Shown: positions 45,764 through 55,185, numbered from the stretch's first letter. The stretch is DNA of 64,000 nt from Candidatus Omnitrophota bacterium (GCA_016213925.1 JACQZH010000007.1:30951-94950); one strand, 5' to 3'. Notes: generated by a model not told the origin, from the letters alone. Program-made: numbers and translations.

Positions 45764-47837
45764 GCATTTTTTTGTCCGAACGGCAATTGTTATTCTGCTT
45801 GCGCTGGTTATATCAGGTTATTTTTTCGTCAAGGTTTTCTTTTCGGAAAACAAAGCGAAGATAGAATATCTTTCAAGCAGTTATTTAAATAAAAAAATTT
45901 CAATAGGCAGTATTCAATATGTTTTGCCCGCATTCATTGTTATAAAAGACATCAGGATCGGCGAATTCGCAGAACAGGCTGAAGCCATCCCGCTTTCTAT
46001 AAAAAAAATCACCTTGGTTTTTTCATTAGAGAAGTTGTTTGCGGAAAAAGAATTGGTGATCAGCCGTATCGGCCTCTCCGAGCCAGAATTTGATTTGGTT
46101 AGATATCCGCTTTTTTTAAAGGAAAGCATTGCGGGATTTATTAAGTTAATAAATTTTCTTACCCAGGGCAACCCCTTAAAAATAGAATTGGAAAATGCCG
46201 CTTTTATTGCCGGCCACCGAGGGAATAAGCGCACGACGATAATAGCAAATTCAAAAATAGGCATAGGGCCGGACGACCGTTTTTCCAGCCGCGGAATAAT
46301 TAGCGTGCAGCAGGCAGGATGGAACTTTCCCGTCAAAGGGCATAAAATATTTGCGGCTTTTCAGCCTGGCACGTTTAGGTATTCTGTTTATGCTGCGGTT
46401 ATCCCCGAAGGAGTGGTTATTGAGGACATAGCGGTTGAGAAGGATAATCTACAGGCCAAATTTCAGGGCCGGCTTGAGAACAATGTGCTGCGGGTTACAG
46501 GGAATGTTTATTCAGATGATACGCCGGTAAAAACTCAAGAATGGTTAGCTCAAAAAAATAAACTTATAAGGCAGCTTTACGCATTATTTAAATATGGGAA
46601 ATTACCGCAAAAAATCGGACAAAGAGATGCCGGGGTTAACTGCACGGATATTGATTGCGTCCTCGAATTTGCGTCGCGGGCTGTAAATTTAAAAAAAGCT
46701 ACTTTTAATCTTAACGGAATCCCCGTGCTGGTAAATGGAGATTTTAATTTTCAGCAGGGCATGCAGCTTAAGGCCGTAGTTACGACTTTTCCGGAGCAGC
46801 CTTTTTTTGGCGCCGGTACTGATCCGCGCAAACTAGGGTTGGATATTTTTTTAAATGGCAAAGAGGGCAAAAGCACCGGGGACATCACGCTTGATTTTTT
46901 CAAAATGATGGGTAAAAATCTTTCGAAGCAGAAACTGCGGGCTGATTTTAATAACGCGGCTTTTGGCATTTCTCCGGATATGCGGATAAAATTGCTCTTT
47001 GATGAGGCGGTGGTTTTTTATGAATTCGATAAAAATGAGCATGTTTTTAAGCTGCGAAACTGGGAATTGTTATGTAATTTTCTTGACGAAAAACTTAAAT
47101 TCGTAAAATTCAACGCGGGAATTTTTGACGGGCTATTAAAAGGATATATTGTTGTAGATGCTTCAGAGCCCGGGTGGAAAACTAAACAGAATTTAACGGT
47201 AAAAGATGTTAACGCGAGCGAGCTGGATGCGCTGCTTTTATCTTTATTCGGCATGTACCGCACTTTACCGGGAAAATTTCAAGAAAAAATAAGCGGTAAG
47301 TTTACCTGCGATGTTAATTATACAGGGTTTCGCAGCTCAATATTAAACGGGAACCTGGAAATCAGTCAAGGTGTTTTGGAGAATATGCAGTTTTTTTTAT
47401 GGATATCCGGTTTTTTTAATATTCCTTCATTAGCCAGCGTAAGCTTTGATTCTCTTTCTGCAGATTTTCTTGTAACAGACAGGATTGCCCGGCTGGATAA
47501 CGTATGTTTGAGCGGAAAGGATATTTCGCTGAAAGGCCAGCTGGATGTTAGGGATAATGAGCTGATCAGCGGTAGGCTTGCTTTACGGCTTTCGCGCCAG
47601 ATACTTAAAGAATCATCAAAATTTCAGCTGCTTTTGGGGTTGATAAGCCATGATATAAAAGAATTTGATTTTAATTTTCAATTTTCCGGATTATATCAAT
47701 CAATAAATTTTCAATGGCTGGAATCCGAATTTAAGCACAAAGTACAAAAAATGCTTCCCGGGTTTATAGAACAGGGCTTGGAGCGAAAAGTTGAAAGTGC
47801 AATAAAAGAAATTTCCGGGCCGCTTGTTGAAAAATAA
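45732..47837 (+). CDS. Membrane-anchored AsmA-like protein (701 aa).
   Basis: N-terminal signal anchor followed by a long beta-rich region in AsmA/TamB style; low-specificity call. Confidence 0.45.
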   Translation: MGSCLKKYISKHFFVRTAIVILLALVISGYFFVKVFFSENKAKIEYLSSSYLNKKISIGSIQYVLPAFIVIKDIRIGEFAEQAEAIPLSIKKITLVFSLEKLFAEKELVISRIGLSEPEFDLVRYPLFLKESIAGFIKLINFLTQGNPLKIELENAAFIAGHRGNKRTTIIANSKIGIGPDDRFSSRGIISVQQAGWNFPVKGHKIFAAFQPGTFRYSVYAAVIPEGVVIEDIAVEKDNLQAKFQGRLENNVLRVTGNVYSDDTPVKTQEWLAQKNKLIRQLYALFKYGKLPQKIGQRDAGVNCTDIDCVLEFASRAVNLKKATFNLNGIPVLVNGDFNFQQGMQLKAVVTTFPEQPFFGAGTDPRKLGLDIFLNGKEGKSTGDITLDFFKMMGKNLSKQKLRADFNNAAFGISPDMRIKLLFDEAVVFYEFDKNEHVFKLRNWELLCNFLDEKLKFVKFNAGIFDGLLKGYIVVDASEPGWKTKQNLTVKDVNASELDALLLSLFGMYRTLPGKFQEKISGKFTCDVNYTGFRSSILNGNLEISQGVLENMQFFLWISGFFNIPSLASVSFDSLSADFLVTDRIARLDNVCLSGKDISLKGQLDVRDNELISGRLALRLSRQILKESSKFQLLLGLISHDIKEFDFNFQFSGLYQSINFQWLESEFKHKVQKMLPGFIEQGLERKVESAIKEISGPLVEK

Positions 47838-47893
47838 AAATAGCCTGGAATATTTCTTTTTATTTGAAAAAAAAGGTAAATGCGGTGTAAATT

Positions 47894-47939
47894 ATCCCAA
47901 AATTTGCCTGTCTGCCGCCAGGCAGGCAAAATTTGGGAT
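47894..47939. repeat. Palindromic REP-like hairpin element (cccaaaatttgcctg ... caggcaaaatttggg), intact copy.
   Basis: About 15-bp perfect stem read directly; related copies at 49715-49908. Confidence 0.8.
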
Positions 47940-47961
47940 TATGCATGTAAATAGATGAAGA

Positions 47962-48171
47962 ATCCCTTGCTTAAACACCGGTTTACTCGGCAAGCTGCGG
48001 GATTAATTCGCGCAGTAATTTATGTCGCTTATGCTCCATAAAATATGTGCTTGATGTAGGTACTCCGCTTCGTAGCAACGGGCAAATTATCTGTGATAAT
48101 TCGCTCCGTACTCAGCGGAGTTAATTCGTCCCGGCGCTTCGCTTTGCGAAGCAAACGGTCGGGACTCATTA
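47962..48171. repeat. Composite intergenic repeat: module A (47962-48014) and module B (48115-48171) abutting the RBS of 48185. Both modules recur at 51427-51553.
   Basis: Module B is 57 bp and identical at both loci; it contains nested hairpins (gtcccg gc gcttcgc tttgc gcgaagc ... cgggac). Confidence 0.85.
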
Positions 48172-48184
48172 AAAGGAGGAGAGA

Positions 48185-48598
48185 ATGAGGTATTGGAAAG
48201 TATTTATTGTCGGAGTGCTTTTATTAATCAGCCCGGGATTGGTTTTTGCCGGCCAGCGGATTAAGAGAGGAAGAAGCTCGGAAATAAAAGCAGAAAAGAT
48301 ACTCGATAATATTTTATTCGGCTTTAAGTTAGACGATTATAACATTTATGCCCGCGATTTTGATCCGGCTTTAAAAATAAGCGGCGCGCGTACTAAGTTT
48401 TATCATGTAAACAGATATATCAATAGAGTTTTGGGAAGTTATGTTACCCGTGAATACATGGGAAGTTTGCGTAAGGGAGATATTATAATCGTATTGTGGA
48501 AAGGAATATTTGATAAGTCAGAGGAAGATGTTTTGATCAAACTTGTGATGCAGAAGAAAAACAGCCGTTATTATGTCACAGGGCTCTTGCTGCAGTGA
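48185..48598 (+). CDS. Small secreted protein, paralog of 44064-44486.
   Basis: Shared C-terminal block WKGIFDKSEEDVLIKLVMQKKNSRYYVTGLLLQ. Confidence 0.5.
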   Translation: MRYWKVFIVGVLLLISPGLVFAGQRIKRGRSSEIKAEKILDNILFGFKLDDYNIYARDFDPALKISGARTKFYHVNRYINRVLGSYVTREYMGSLRKGDIIIVLWKGIFDKSEEDVLIKLVMQKKNSRYYVTGLLLQ

Positions 48599-48705
48599 GA
48601 ACAGGCAACATGTAAACGCAGAATTTTTTGATATAAAATTACCTAATCAGTTGGCTCTTTTTTGGAAGGATATTTTTAAGGGAGGCTTTCTTTTAATATT
48701 AATCC

Positions 48706-49671
48706 ATGCGAAATAATAAAAAAAATTTAGCAATAACGGCTTTGTCAGTATTGCTAATTTTTTTAGCAGCAAATAAAGGGTTAGGACAAATCAAAGAAGG
48801 CTGCGATAGTATTAGTACGGAGAATTACGCCAATAAAACGCTTGAATACTATTACTATATACCTGAAGCTGTGGCGGGAAATAAAAATGCTTCATATCCC
48901 TTGCTAATAATGGTTCCGGGGCTCTCCGGAAAAGGCGAGTGGTTGGTTAATAATGAAGTTAAAGAATTCGCAGAACGGGAAAAGTTTGTTGTTATCGCGC
49001 CGTCGTTTGTTTTTGATGAGAGAAACTGGGATACGCTAGAAAGCTACCACTATCCGTCAGTTTGGTCCGGCAAGGCGCTTCTTGAGATAATAAGGCAGTT
49101 TGAAGATAAAAATAATCTTTTTTTGTCGAAGTTTTGTCTTTTTGGGCACTCTGCCGGAGCGCAGTTTGTATTGCGGTTTGCGTTATGGAAACCGCAATTA
49201 TGCGAGGCTTGCGCGGCTCATGCAAGCGGAGGAAGCATAAAGCCGATAGAATATGTAAGCGTTAAATTTTTTGTTACGATAGGCAAACAGGATACTTCTT
49301 TAAGAAAAAAAGTCGCCGAAGAATTTTTTGATACTGCAAAGAAAAATATCATCAAAGTTACATATAAGGAATATGATACCGGCCATGACATGATAAAGGA
49401 GCAATTTAGCGATAGTTTGGACTTTTTCACGCAGGGTAAAATGCCTTTTAACGAAAATAGCGGAGTTTTTGAAAGTATTAATCAAAAGGCGGTTTGTGAA
49501 GGTTTTATTGGAGATACTGTGGTTTATTTAAAAAACGGATGCAAGACAGAAGGCAGGTTTAAGAGCGAAACGGATAAAAAAATTATTTTGGAAATCGCTC
49601 TCGGCAGCACAACCGGGCAAATAGCAATTTCTAAAAACCGGGTTAAATCCATAAAAAGATTAGATAAGTGA
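48706..49671 (+). CDS. Secreted alpha/beta-hydrolase (esterase/lipase) carrying the same C-terminal module of about 50 aa as the TPR protein at 42495.
   Basis: Nucleophile elbow GHSAGAQ, signal peptide, and C-terminal VVYLKNGCKTEGRFKSETD. Confidence 0.7.
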   Translation: MRNNKKNLAITALSVLLIFLAANKGLGQIKEGCDSISTENYANKTLEYYYYIPEAVAGNKNASYPLLIMVPGLSGKGEWLVNNEVKEFAEREKFVVIAPSFVFDERNWDTLESYHYPSVWSGKALLEIIRQFEDKNNLFLSKFCLFGHSAGAQFVLRFALWKPQLCEACAAHASGGSIKPIEYVSVKFFVTIGKQDTSLRKKVAEEFFDTAKKNIIKVTYKEYDTGHDMIKEQFSDSLDFFTQGKMPFNENSGVFESINQKAVCEGFIGDTVVYLKNGCKTEGRFKSETDKKIILEIALGSTTGQIAISKNRVKSIKRLDK

Positions 49672-49714
49672 TACGCTGGCATCTAAAACAATTTTGGAAG
49701 ATGGTTAGTTATTT

Positions 49715-49908
49715 ATCCCAAAATTTGCCTGTCTGCCGCCAGGCAGGCAGTAGGAATCATTTTGCGACGAAAGCTATCTGCACGAAAAAGTGCGAGCAAA
49801 TTTCGGGATTACCTCGACAAACACGAGAAAGTCTCGTCGAGATTTTCTCGGTCGACCCTACGGGCAAATTTTGCTATTGCCTGTCTGCCAGCCAGGCAAA
49901 ATTTGGGT
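49715..49908. repeat. Second locus of the palindromic element: a left half (49715-49749) and a right half (49879-49907) separated by an insert of about 125 bp that has its own hairpins.
   Basis: Direct comparison with 47894-47939. Confidence 0.7.
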
Positions 49909-49925
49909 TTATGCGGTGATTTGAT

Positions 49926-51179
49926 ATGGAGAAACTCAAAAGATTTTTTTTGATTATATCATGGGCCATGTACGACGCGGCAAACCAGTTTTTCGCGTTA
50001 AATATTGTTTCTTTATATTTTGTGCGTTGGATAACTCTGGTAAAAGGAGCTCCGGAGTTTGTCTATGGAATTACCTTCGGGCTTTCCAGTATTTGCGTAG
50101 CTGTGCTTTCTCCTTTACTGGGAACAACGGCGGATGTGCGCGGAAAACATAGATTTTTTCTAATAATGTTTACGTTATTAAGCGTAATATTTACCATGTT
50201 TTTATCGGTTGTGAATAATGTGTTGCTTGCGTTAATTTTTTTCGCGATTGCCAATATCGGCTGCCAGGAAGCGGGAATATTTTATAATGCCTTGATGCCG
50301 GATATTTCTTCTAAATATAAAATCGGCATTATTTCCGGAGTGGGGAAAATGTTCGGGTATTTTGGGGCAATACTGGCTTTATTTTTTACAAGTCCATTGA
50401 TAGAGACTCAGGGATATCAGCGGGTATTTTTAATTACCGGAATATTGTTTTTGCTGTTTGCGTTGCCGTGCCTTATTTTTATTAAGGACAGGCCGCATAA
50501 CTTAAGTAACGAACAGATAATAACTGACAAGATCTTTGACCGCAGGAAGATTAAAGTTGTTTTTGAGCGCCTGCGCATTACGCTTTTTACTAATCATGAC
50601 CAAAGCGGACTGCGAGAATTTTTAAAAGCCGGGTTTTTTGGTTTATGCGTTGTGCAGGCTGTGATGCTGTTTATGGCAGTGTATGTAACTAAAGTGCTTG
50701 GGTTACAGGAGGCGCAAGTGCTGAAGCTAATAATATTAGGCACATTTTTTGCGATTTTCGGAAGCATTGGCTCAGGTATTATCAGCGACTATATCGGGCA
50801 TAAGAAAACAATGCTGCTGGTTTTTGCTTTGTGGATTGTTTGTCTTGTCGCGGGAGCTTTGGTTATTGCGCCTTTTCAATATGTTATCAGCGCATTGGCC
50901 GGAATCAGCCTGGGGGCTACCTGGGTTGTTTCGCGCGCTTTGGTTATCAGCATGGTCCCGCGTGAACAAGCTGGGGAGGCTTTTGGATTGTTTAGCCTTA
51001 TAGGATATCTTTCCGGCATAGTTGGCCCGGCAGTTTGGGGGATTTTGATTATTCTGATGCGGCCTTTTGGTGTTATGGGAACCCGCATGGTCCTTCTATG
51101 TTTTATTCCTTTTATGATAATCGGTTGTTTATTTTTAATGCGCATTCCCGAGATTAACAGCAAATTGCCGGAGGTATAA
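49926..51179 (+). CDS. Major facilitator superfamily transporter.
   Basis: 12 predicted hydrophobic helices; TADVRGKHRFF MFS loop motif. Confidence 0.8.
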   Translation: MEKLKRFFLIISWAMYDAANQFFALNIVSLYFVRWITLVKGAPEFVYGITFGLSSICVAVLSPLLGTTADVRGKHRFFLIMFTLLSVIFTMFLSVVNNVLLALIFFAIANIGCQEAGIFYNALMPDISSKYKIGIISGVGKMFGYFGAILALFFTSPLIETQGYQRVFLITGILFLLFALPCLIFIKDRPHNLSNEQIITDKIFDRRKIKVVFERLRITLFTNHDQSGLREFLKAGFFGLCVVQAVMLFMAVYVTKVLGLQEAQVLKLIILGTFFAIFGSIGSGIISDYIGHKKTMLLVFALWIVCLVAGALVIAPFQYVISALAGISLGATWVVSRALVISMVPREQAGEAFGLFSLIGYLSGIVGPAVWGILIILMRPFGVMGTRMVLLCFIPFMIIGCLFLMRIPEINSKLPEV

Positions 51180-51181
51180 AA

Positions 51182-51219
51182 AGAGGCTAGAAGATAACTT
51201 CTAGCCTCTTTGCCTTTTG
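51182..51219 (+). terminator. Rho-independent terminator after the MFS gene.
   Basis: agaggctagaag-ataa-cttctagcctct followed by a T-rich tail. Confidence 0.55.
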
Positions 51220-51426
51220 CCCGTGGGGTGGGAGAAATACGAGCAAAAGGCGGTGAAAACAGAATAAAAACAACTCTGCTTTCACATATTCCCTTATATA
51301 GTTTAGATGCTCAAGCAAGGTAAAAGTTGCAATATTTTAAAACAAAATCGCTAAAAAAGCTAGAAGAATTTTTTTAATGCGGTATAATGTATTTTAAAGT
51401 TTTGCCGTATGAAGGCTGTTTTAAAA

Positions 51427-51553
51427 GCGGAGTTAATTCGTCCCGGCGCTTCGCTTTGCGAAGCAAACGGTCGGGACTCATTATCCCTTGCTTAAACGCC
51501 GGTAAAATACCTGTCGGTATTTCACTCGGCAAGTTGCGGGATTAATTCGCGCA
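51427..51553. repeat. Module B (51427-51483) directly followed by module A' (51483-51553), upstream of def. The module order is swapped relative to the 47962-48171 locus.
   Basis: Sequence identity read directly. Confidence 0.85.
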
Positions 51554-51600
51554 AATCACTTAGTTCGCGTTGCTCTCTAAGTGATGCGCTCATTAAAAGG

Positions 51601-52119
51601 ATGGAAATGGCGGTTAGGAAAATTCTTTCGATTCTGGAAGCTAATGAGCTTTTAAGCACAAAGTCAGCGGCAATAAGGCTGGATGATCCGCAGTTGGATG
51701 AGATAATTACGGATTTAAAGGATACCTTACTGGTTACGCCTAACGGGGTGGGGCTGGCCGCGGTACAAATTGGATATTTTAAAAGGGTATTTGTGTTAAA
51801 CGGGGATTATGTGGAAAAAGATTTGGATAAAAGTTCAATTTTTAAAGGCAGCAAGAATAAAATAATTACGTTTATTAATCCAAAAGTTATTTCCGGCAAG
51901 GGAACTGTGCGCGAGGAAGAGGGGTGTTTAAGCGTTCCGGGCTCATATGTAAGTGTTGAACGGCAAAAACTGGTAAAAGTAAAAGCTTTTAATGAAGCCA
52001 AAGAGCAGTTTTATGAGCGTTTTAGCGGATTAGCGGCAAGGGCAATACAGCAGGAAATCGATCATCTTAACGGTATTTTGATTATTGATTATATACGGAA
52101 GAAAGAGGCAGCCAAATGA
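51601..52119 (+). CDS. def: Peptide deformylase family protein with a non-canonical metal-binding motif (QEIDH in place of HEIDH).
   Basis: GLAAVQIG, EGCLSVPG and AIQQEIDHLNG motifs. Confidence 0.8.
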   Translation: MEMAVRKILSILEANELLSTKSAAIRLDDPQLDEIITDLKDTLLVTPNGVGLAAVQIGYFKRVFVLNGDYVEKDLDKSSIFKGSKNKIITFINPKVISGKGTVREEEGCLSVPGSYVSVERQKLVKVKAFNEAKEQFYERFSGLAARAIQQEIDHLNGILIIDYIRKKEAAK

Positions 52120-52922
52120 ATTTAATGAAAAAAAGATATGATTTTGAAGAGTTGTTTAATTTATATAAGAACAGAATTTACCGTTTAGGGTTGAGCGTTA
52201 GCCGTAACGAAAAAGACGCTGAAGATATCCTGCAGAACACATTTTTAAAAATTATACAGCATATTGAGGCATTTAAAAATAAAGCGCATTTATCCACCTG
52301 GATTTACAAAATAGCTTATAACGAAGCGTTGATGCTTTTACGCAAAAAACGCAGGCATTTGAGTCTTGAGGATTCCATTGATTATCAGGCTAAAGCAATC
52401 CCTTCGGGCCTGCTTGTTAATTGGGCGGCTTTTCCGGATCAGCGGTTATTAGAGGAGGAAATGAAAGCAAGGATTGACCGGGCAATTAAACACATGCCGA
52501 TAAAATACAGAATGCCGTTATTGCTGCAGCGAGTTGAAGGCCAGTCCTTAAAAAGCACCGCGGAAATTTTAGGGCTGAAGGAAAATTCCTTAAAGACAAG
52601 ATTGCACCGGGCGAACATGTTTGTTAAAGCGGAGATGGCGCAGTATTTTGAAGGAAAAAAACAATCCGAGGAAGAGCATCACGATGAGCGTTGCCGCGTT
52701 ATAACGGATTTCATTTATGATTATGCGGAAGGAACGCTTAAAAAAGGGAAGAAAATTGCTTTTGAAAAACACATAAATGACTGCGAACCATGCAAAATAT
52801 TTTTAAATGCTTATCAGCGGGCGATTTGCTTTACCAAGGCATTGTATTGCAGAGATTTACCGGAAGAACTACAGGCAAAAATTGAATCATTTATCATGGA
52901 AAAGAAAAAAATATCAATATAG
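52116..52922 (+). CDS. ECF-type sigma-70 factor with a fused C-terminal zf-HC2-like (anti-sigma-type) Cys/His domain.
   Basis: Sigma region 2 (ILQNTFLKI, WIYKIAYN) and region 4 (LKSTAEILGLKENSLKTRLHRA). The C-terminal H-x3-C-x2-C cluster reads HINDCEPCK ... C. Confidence 0.7.
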   Translation: MNLMKKRYDFEELFNLYKNRIYRLGLSVSRNEKDAEDILQNTFLKIIQHIEAFKNKAHLSTWIYKIAYNEALMLLRKKRRHLSLEDSIDYQAKAIPSGLLVNWAAFPDQRLLEEEMKARIDRAIKHMPIKYRMPLLLQRVEGQSLKSTAEILGLKENSLKTRLHRANMFVKAEMAQYFEGKKQSEEEHHDERCRVITDFIYDYAEGTLKKGKKIAFEKHINDCEPCKIFLNAYQRAICFTKALYCRDLPEELQAKIESFIMEKKKISI

Positions 52923-53061
52923 AGTTGTTTTTTAAGCAGGCATTGCTAGGATAATTAAAAACTTGAACAAAGTAACGTATTGGTATATATTAAAGTTAAT
53001 AATTATTTTTACTTCAGCTGTTTAAAAATTAGTTTGGTTTTACGCCAAAGGAGTGAAACAT

Positions 53062-53742
53062 ATGGACCAACGCAGAAAATTTGTACGGCTTGAAACAACA
53101 GGTAAAGTAATATATTCTCTGAAACCAGGCACAACAGAACGAAAAGAAGCAATCCTGCAGGATATAAGTATTTCCGGCGCAAGGGTAATAAGCGATGAAA
53201 TAATCACAACAGACAGAGAGTTCAGCATTATCCTGCAGATTCCCGGAATTAACCACGGGCTTAGCGGAAAGGCAACAGTCAAGTGGCAAAGAAGAATTAC
53301 GGAGCAAATGTTTGATACCGGCATTGAGTTTGTCCATATGCAGGAGGCAGACAGGAAGGCGCTGGTGAGTTTTGTCAGAGAAAGCGCCGGACGAATTGAT
53401 GATCAGAGAAAATACGTGCGTTGTCCGCTGGAAGCGGAGATTAAATACAAATTGTTAAGTCAAGGGAAAGATGTGACAAAAAATTGTAACTCTATTGATA
53501 TAAGTGTTTCAGGCTTGAAATTGTTTATGAAGGAAAAATTGGAAAAAGGCACTCAAATGCGTATTGAATTTAATCTTCCGGGAGAGAAGAATTTAATTGT
53601 CGCGGATTGCGTTGTGGTTGCCTGGTCAAAATCAGCTCCGGAAGAGATGTTTGTTACAGGCGCGGAATTTATTGATATCTCCGAAGAAAACGTTGAGAAA
53701 ATCAGCAAGTATGTAAAAGCTAAACTTGCGATAATTGAGTAA
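53062..53742 (+). CDS. Tandem PilZ-domain protein (two c-di-GMP-binding PilZ domains). Start at ATG 53062, which has an SD AAAGGAG.
   Basis: QRRKFVRLE ... DISISGARV and DQRKYVRCP ... DISVSGLKL (RxxxR + D-x-S-x-GG patterns). Confidence 0.7.
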   Translation: MDQRRKFVRLETTGKVIYSLKPGTTERKEAILQDISISGARVISDEIITTDREFSIILQIPGINHGLSGKATVKWQRRITEQMFDTGIEFVHMQEADRKALVSFVRESAGRIDDQRKYVRCPLEAEIKYKLLSQGKDVTKNCNSIDISVSGLKLFMKEKLEKGTQMRIEFNLPGEKNLIVADCVVVAWSKSAPEEMFVTGAEFIDISEENVEKISKYVKAKLAIIE

Positions 53743-53808
53743 AAAAGTTGTTCTAATTACCTGCTGTAAAGCTGCTGACTTAACAGTAGATTTGCCTAAG
53801 GAAATGCC

Positions 53809-54084
53809 ATGATAACTAAAATTGCTTTAATCGCGGCTGTTATTTTGCCGTTATGGAATATTCCGTTGATATTACGTATAATAAAAAGAAAGTCCGCGGA
53901 AGACATCAGCCTTTATTGGGCGTTTGGCGTATGGATATGTTTGATGCTGATGTTTCCGCAGGCATTAACGTCAAAGGATATTGTTTGGAAAACATTCAGC
54001 ATTGCGAATCTTATTTTATTCAGCGCGGTGGTGGCTACAACAGTGGTTTTTCGTAAGCCGCAAAAAACAAATGATAAAGCATAA
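53809..54084 (+). CDS. Small membrane protein, hypothetical.
   Basis: About 3 TM helices. Confidence 0.35.
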   Translation: MITKIALIAAVILPLWNIPLILRIIKRKSAEDISLYWAFGVWICLMLMFPQALTSKDIVWKTFSIANLILFSAVVATTVVFRKPQKTNDKA

Positions 54085-54096
54085 TAGGTCTATGCG

Positions 54097-54609
54097 ATGG
54101 AATTAACGGTTATTATAAATAAAAGAGCAAGCATCAGGAAGTTTAAAAACGAAAGCATCAGCAAAGAAGTGCTGAAGAGCCTAGTTGACGCGGGCAGGCG
54201 GGCTCCTTCGGCGCGCGCTGTTGAACCTTGGGAATTTATTGTTGTTTGCCGGCGCCAAACCCTGGAAAAAATAGCGCAGCTTGCCAGCGCAAACGCGGGG
54301 TTTCTCGCGGAATCTGCGGCAGCAATCGTTATATTCAGCCGCCAAACCAAATATTATTTGGAAGACGGATGCGCTGCTTGTGAAAATATTTTGCTTGCGG
54401 CGGTGAATGCCGGATTAGGCGCCTGCTGGATAGCCGGAGATAAAAAAGATTACGCTTCTGATGTAGTTAAGCTGCTTGGAGCGCCTTTAGCGATTAAGCT
54501 GGTGGCTATTATCGCGTTGGGAGTTCCTGCGGAAGAATTCCGGCAGTCCAAAAAACGCGGTTTGGATGATGTTTTACACTGGGAAAGCTATCAGCAGAAA
54601 GGGGCATAA
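54097..54609 (+). CDS. Nitroreductase-family protein.
   Basis: KRASIRKF, PSARAVEPWEF and ACENILLAAV motifs. Confidence 0.8.
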   Translation: MELTVIINKRASIRKFKNESISKEVLKSLVDAGRRAPSARAVEPWEFIVVCRRQTLEKIAQLASANAGFLAESAAAIVIFSRQTKYYLEDGCAACENILLAAVNAGLGACWIAGDKKDYASDVVKLLGAPLAIKLVAIIALGVPAEEFRQSKKRGLDDVLHWESYQQKGA

Positions 54610-54611
54610 AA

Positions 54612-54977
54612 ATGGAACAAGCTTTAGATAAGTTCAGTAAGGCTGCGGGCATTTTTTTGCTGGTTTTGAATGTAGTTATATTAGTTGTGTTAATTTTTAT
54701 TTTTTCCCGTCAGCCAAAGGAAAACCGCTACGACTTTAAGATACAGGAACGCAGTAACGAAATATATGTTTTTGATAAACAGGCGGGAAAACTTTATATA
54801 ACCGCTCCCCAGGTAATCGGAGAGTATTCTGATGAGGTTTGGACAGAGCTTGACCCTACGCAGGAAGGCAGGACTCTTTCATTCAAAGAGTTTTTACGCA
54901 GCAAGGCAAAGATGGATTTAAGGAATAAATTTATACAGGATAAAAAACAATTAGAAAACCTTGAACCACAGGGCTAG
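54612..54977 (+). CDS. Hypothetical membrane-anchored protein.
   Basis: Single N-terminal TM helix. Confidence 0.4.
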   Translation: MEQALDKFSKAAGIFLLVLNVVILVVLIFIFSRQPKENRYDFKIQERSNEIYVFDKQAGKLYITAPQVIGEYSDEVWTELDPTQEGRTLSFKEFLRSKAKMDLRNKFIQDKKQLENLEPQG

Positions 54978-55185
54978 AAAGAAAGGAAAACTCTGGACAT
55001 GGGAATGACAAGCGCGGTAAAAATACTTGTAGTGATTTGGACTCTTGTGGGCGTGGGGCTTTGTTTTTATCTGATAGGTTTTCCTGTTTTTATGAAAAAA
55101 AATATCGCGGTTATAGTTAGCCTGCTTGAGCGCATACTGGAAAATTTGGAAAAAAATAAATAAAATAGAAAAAAGAGATAGGACA

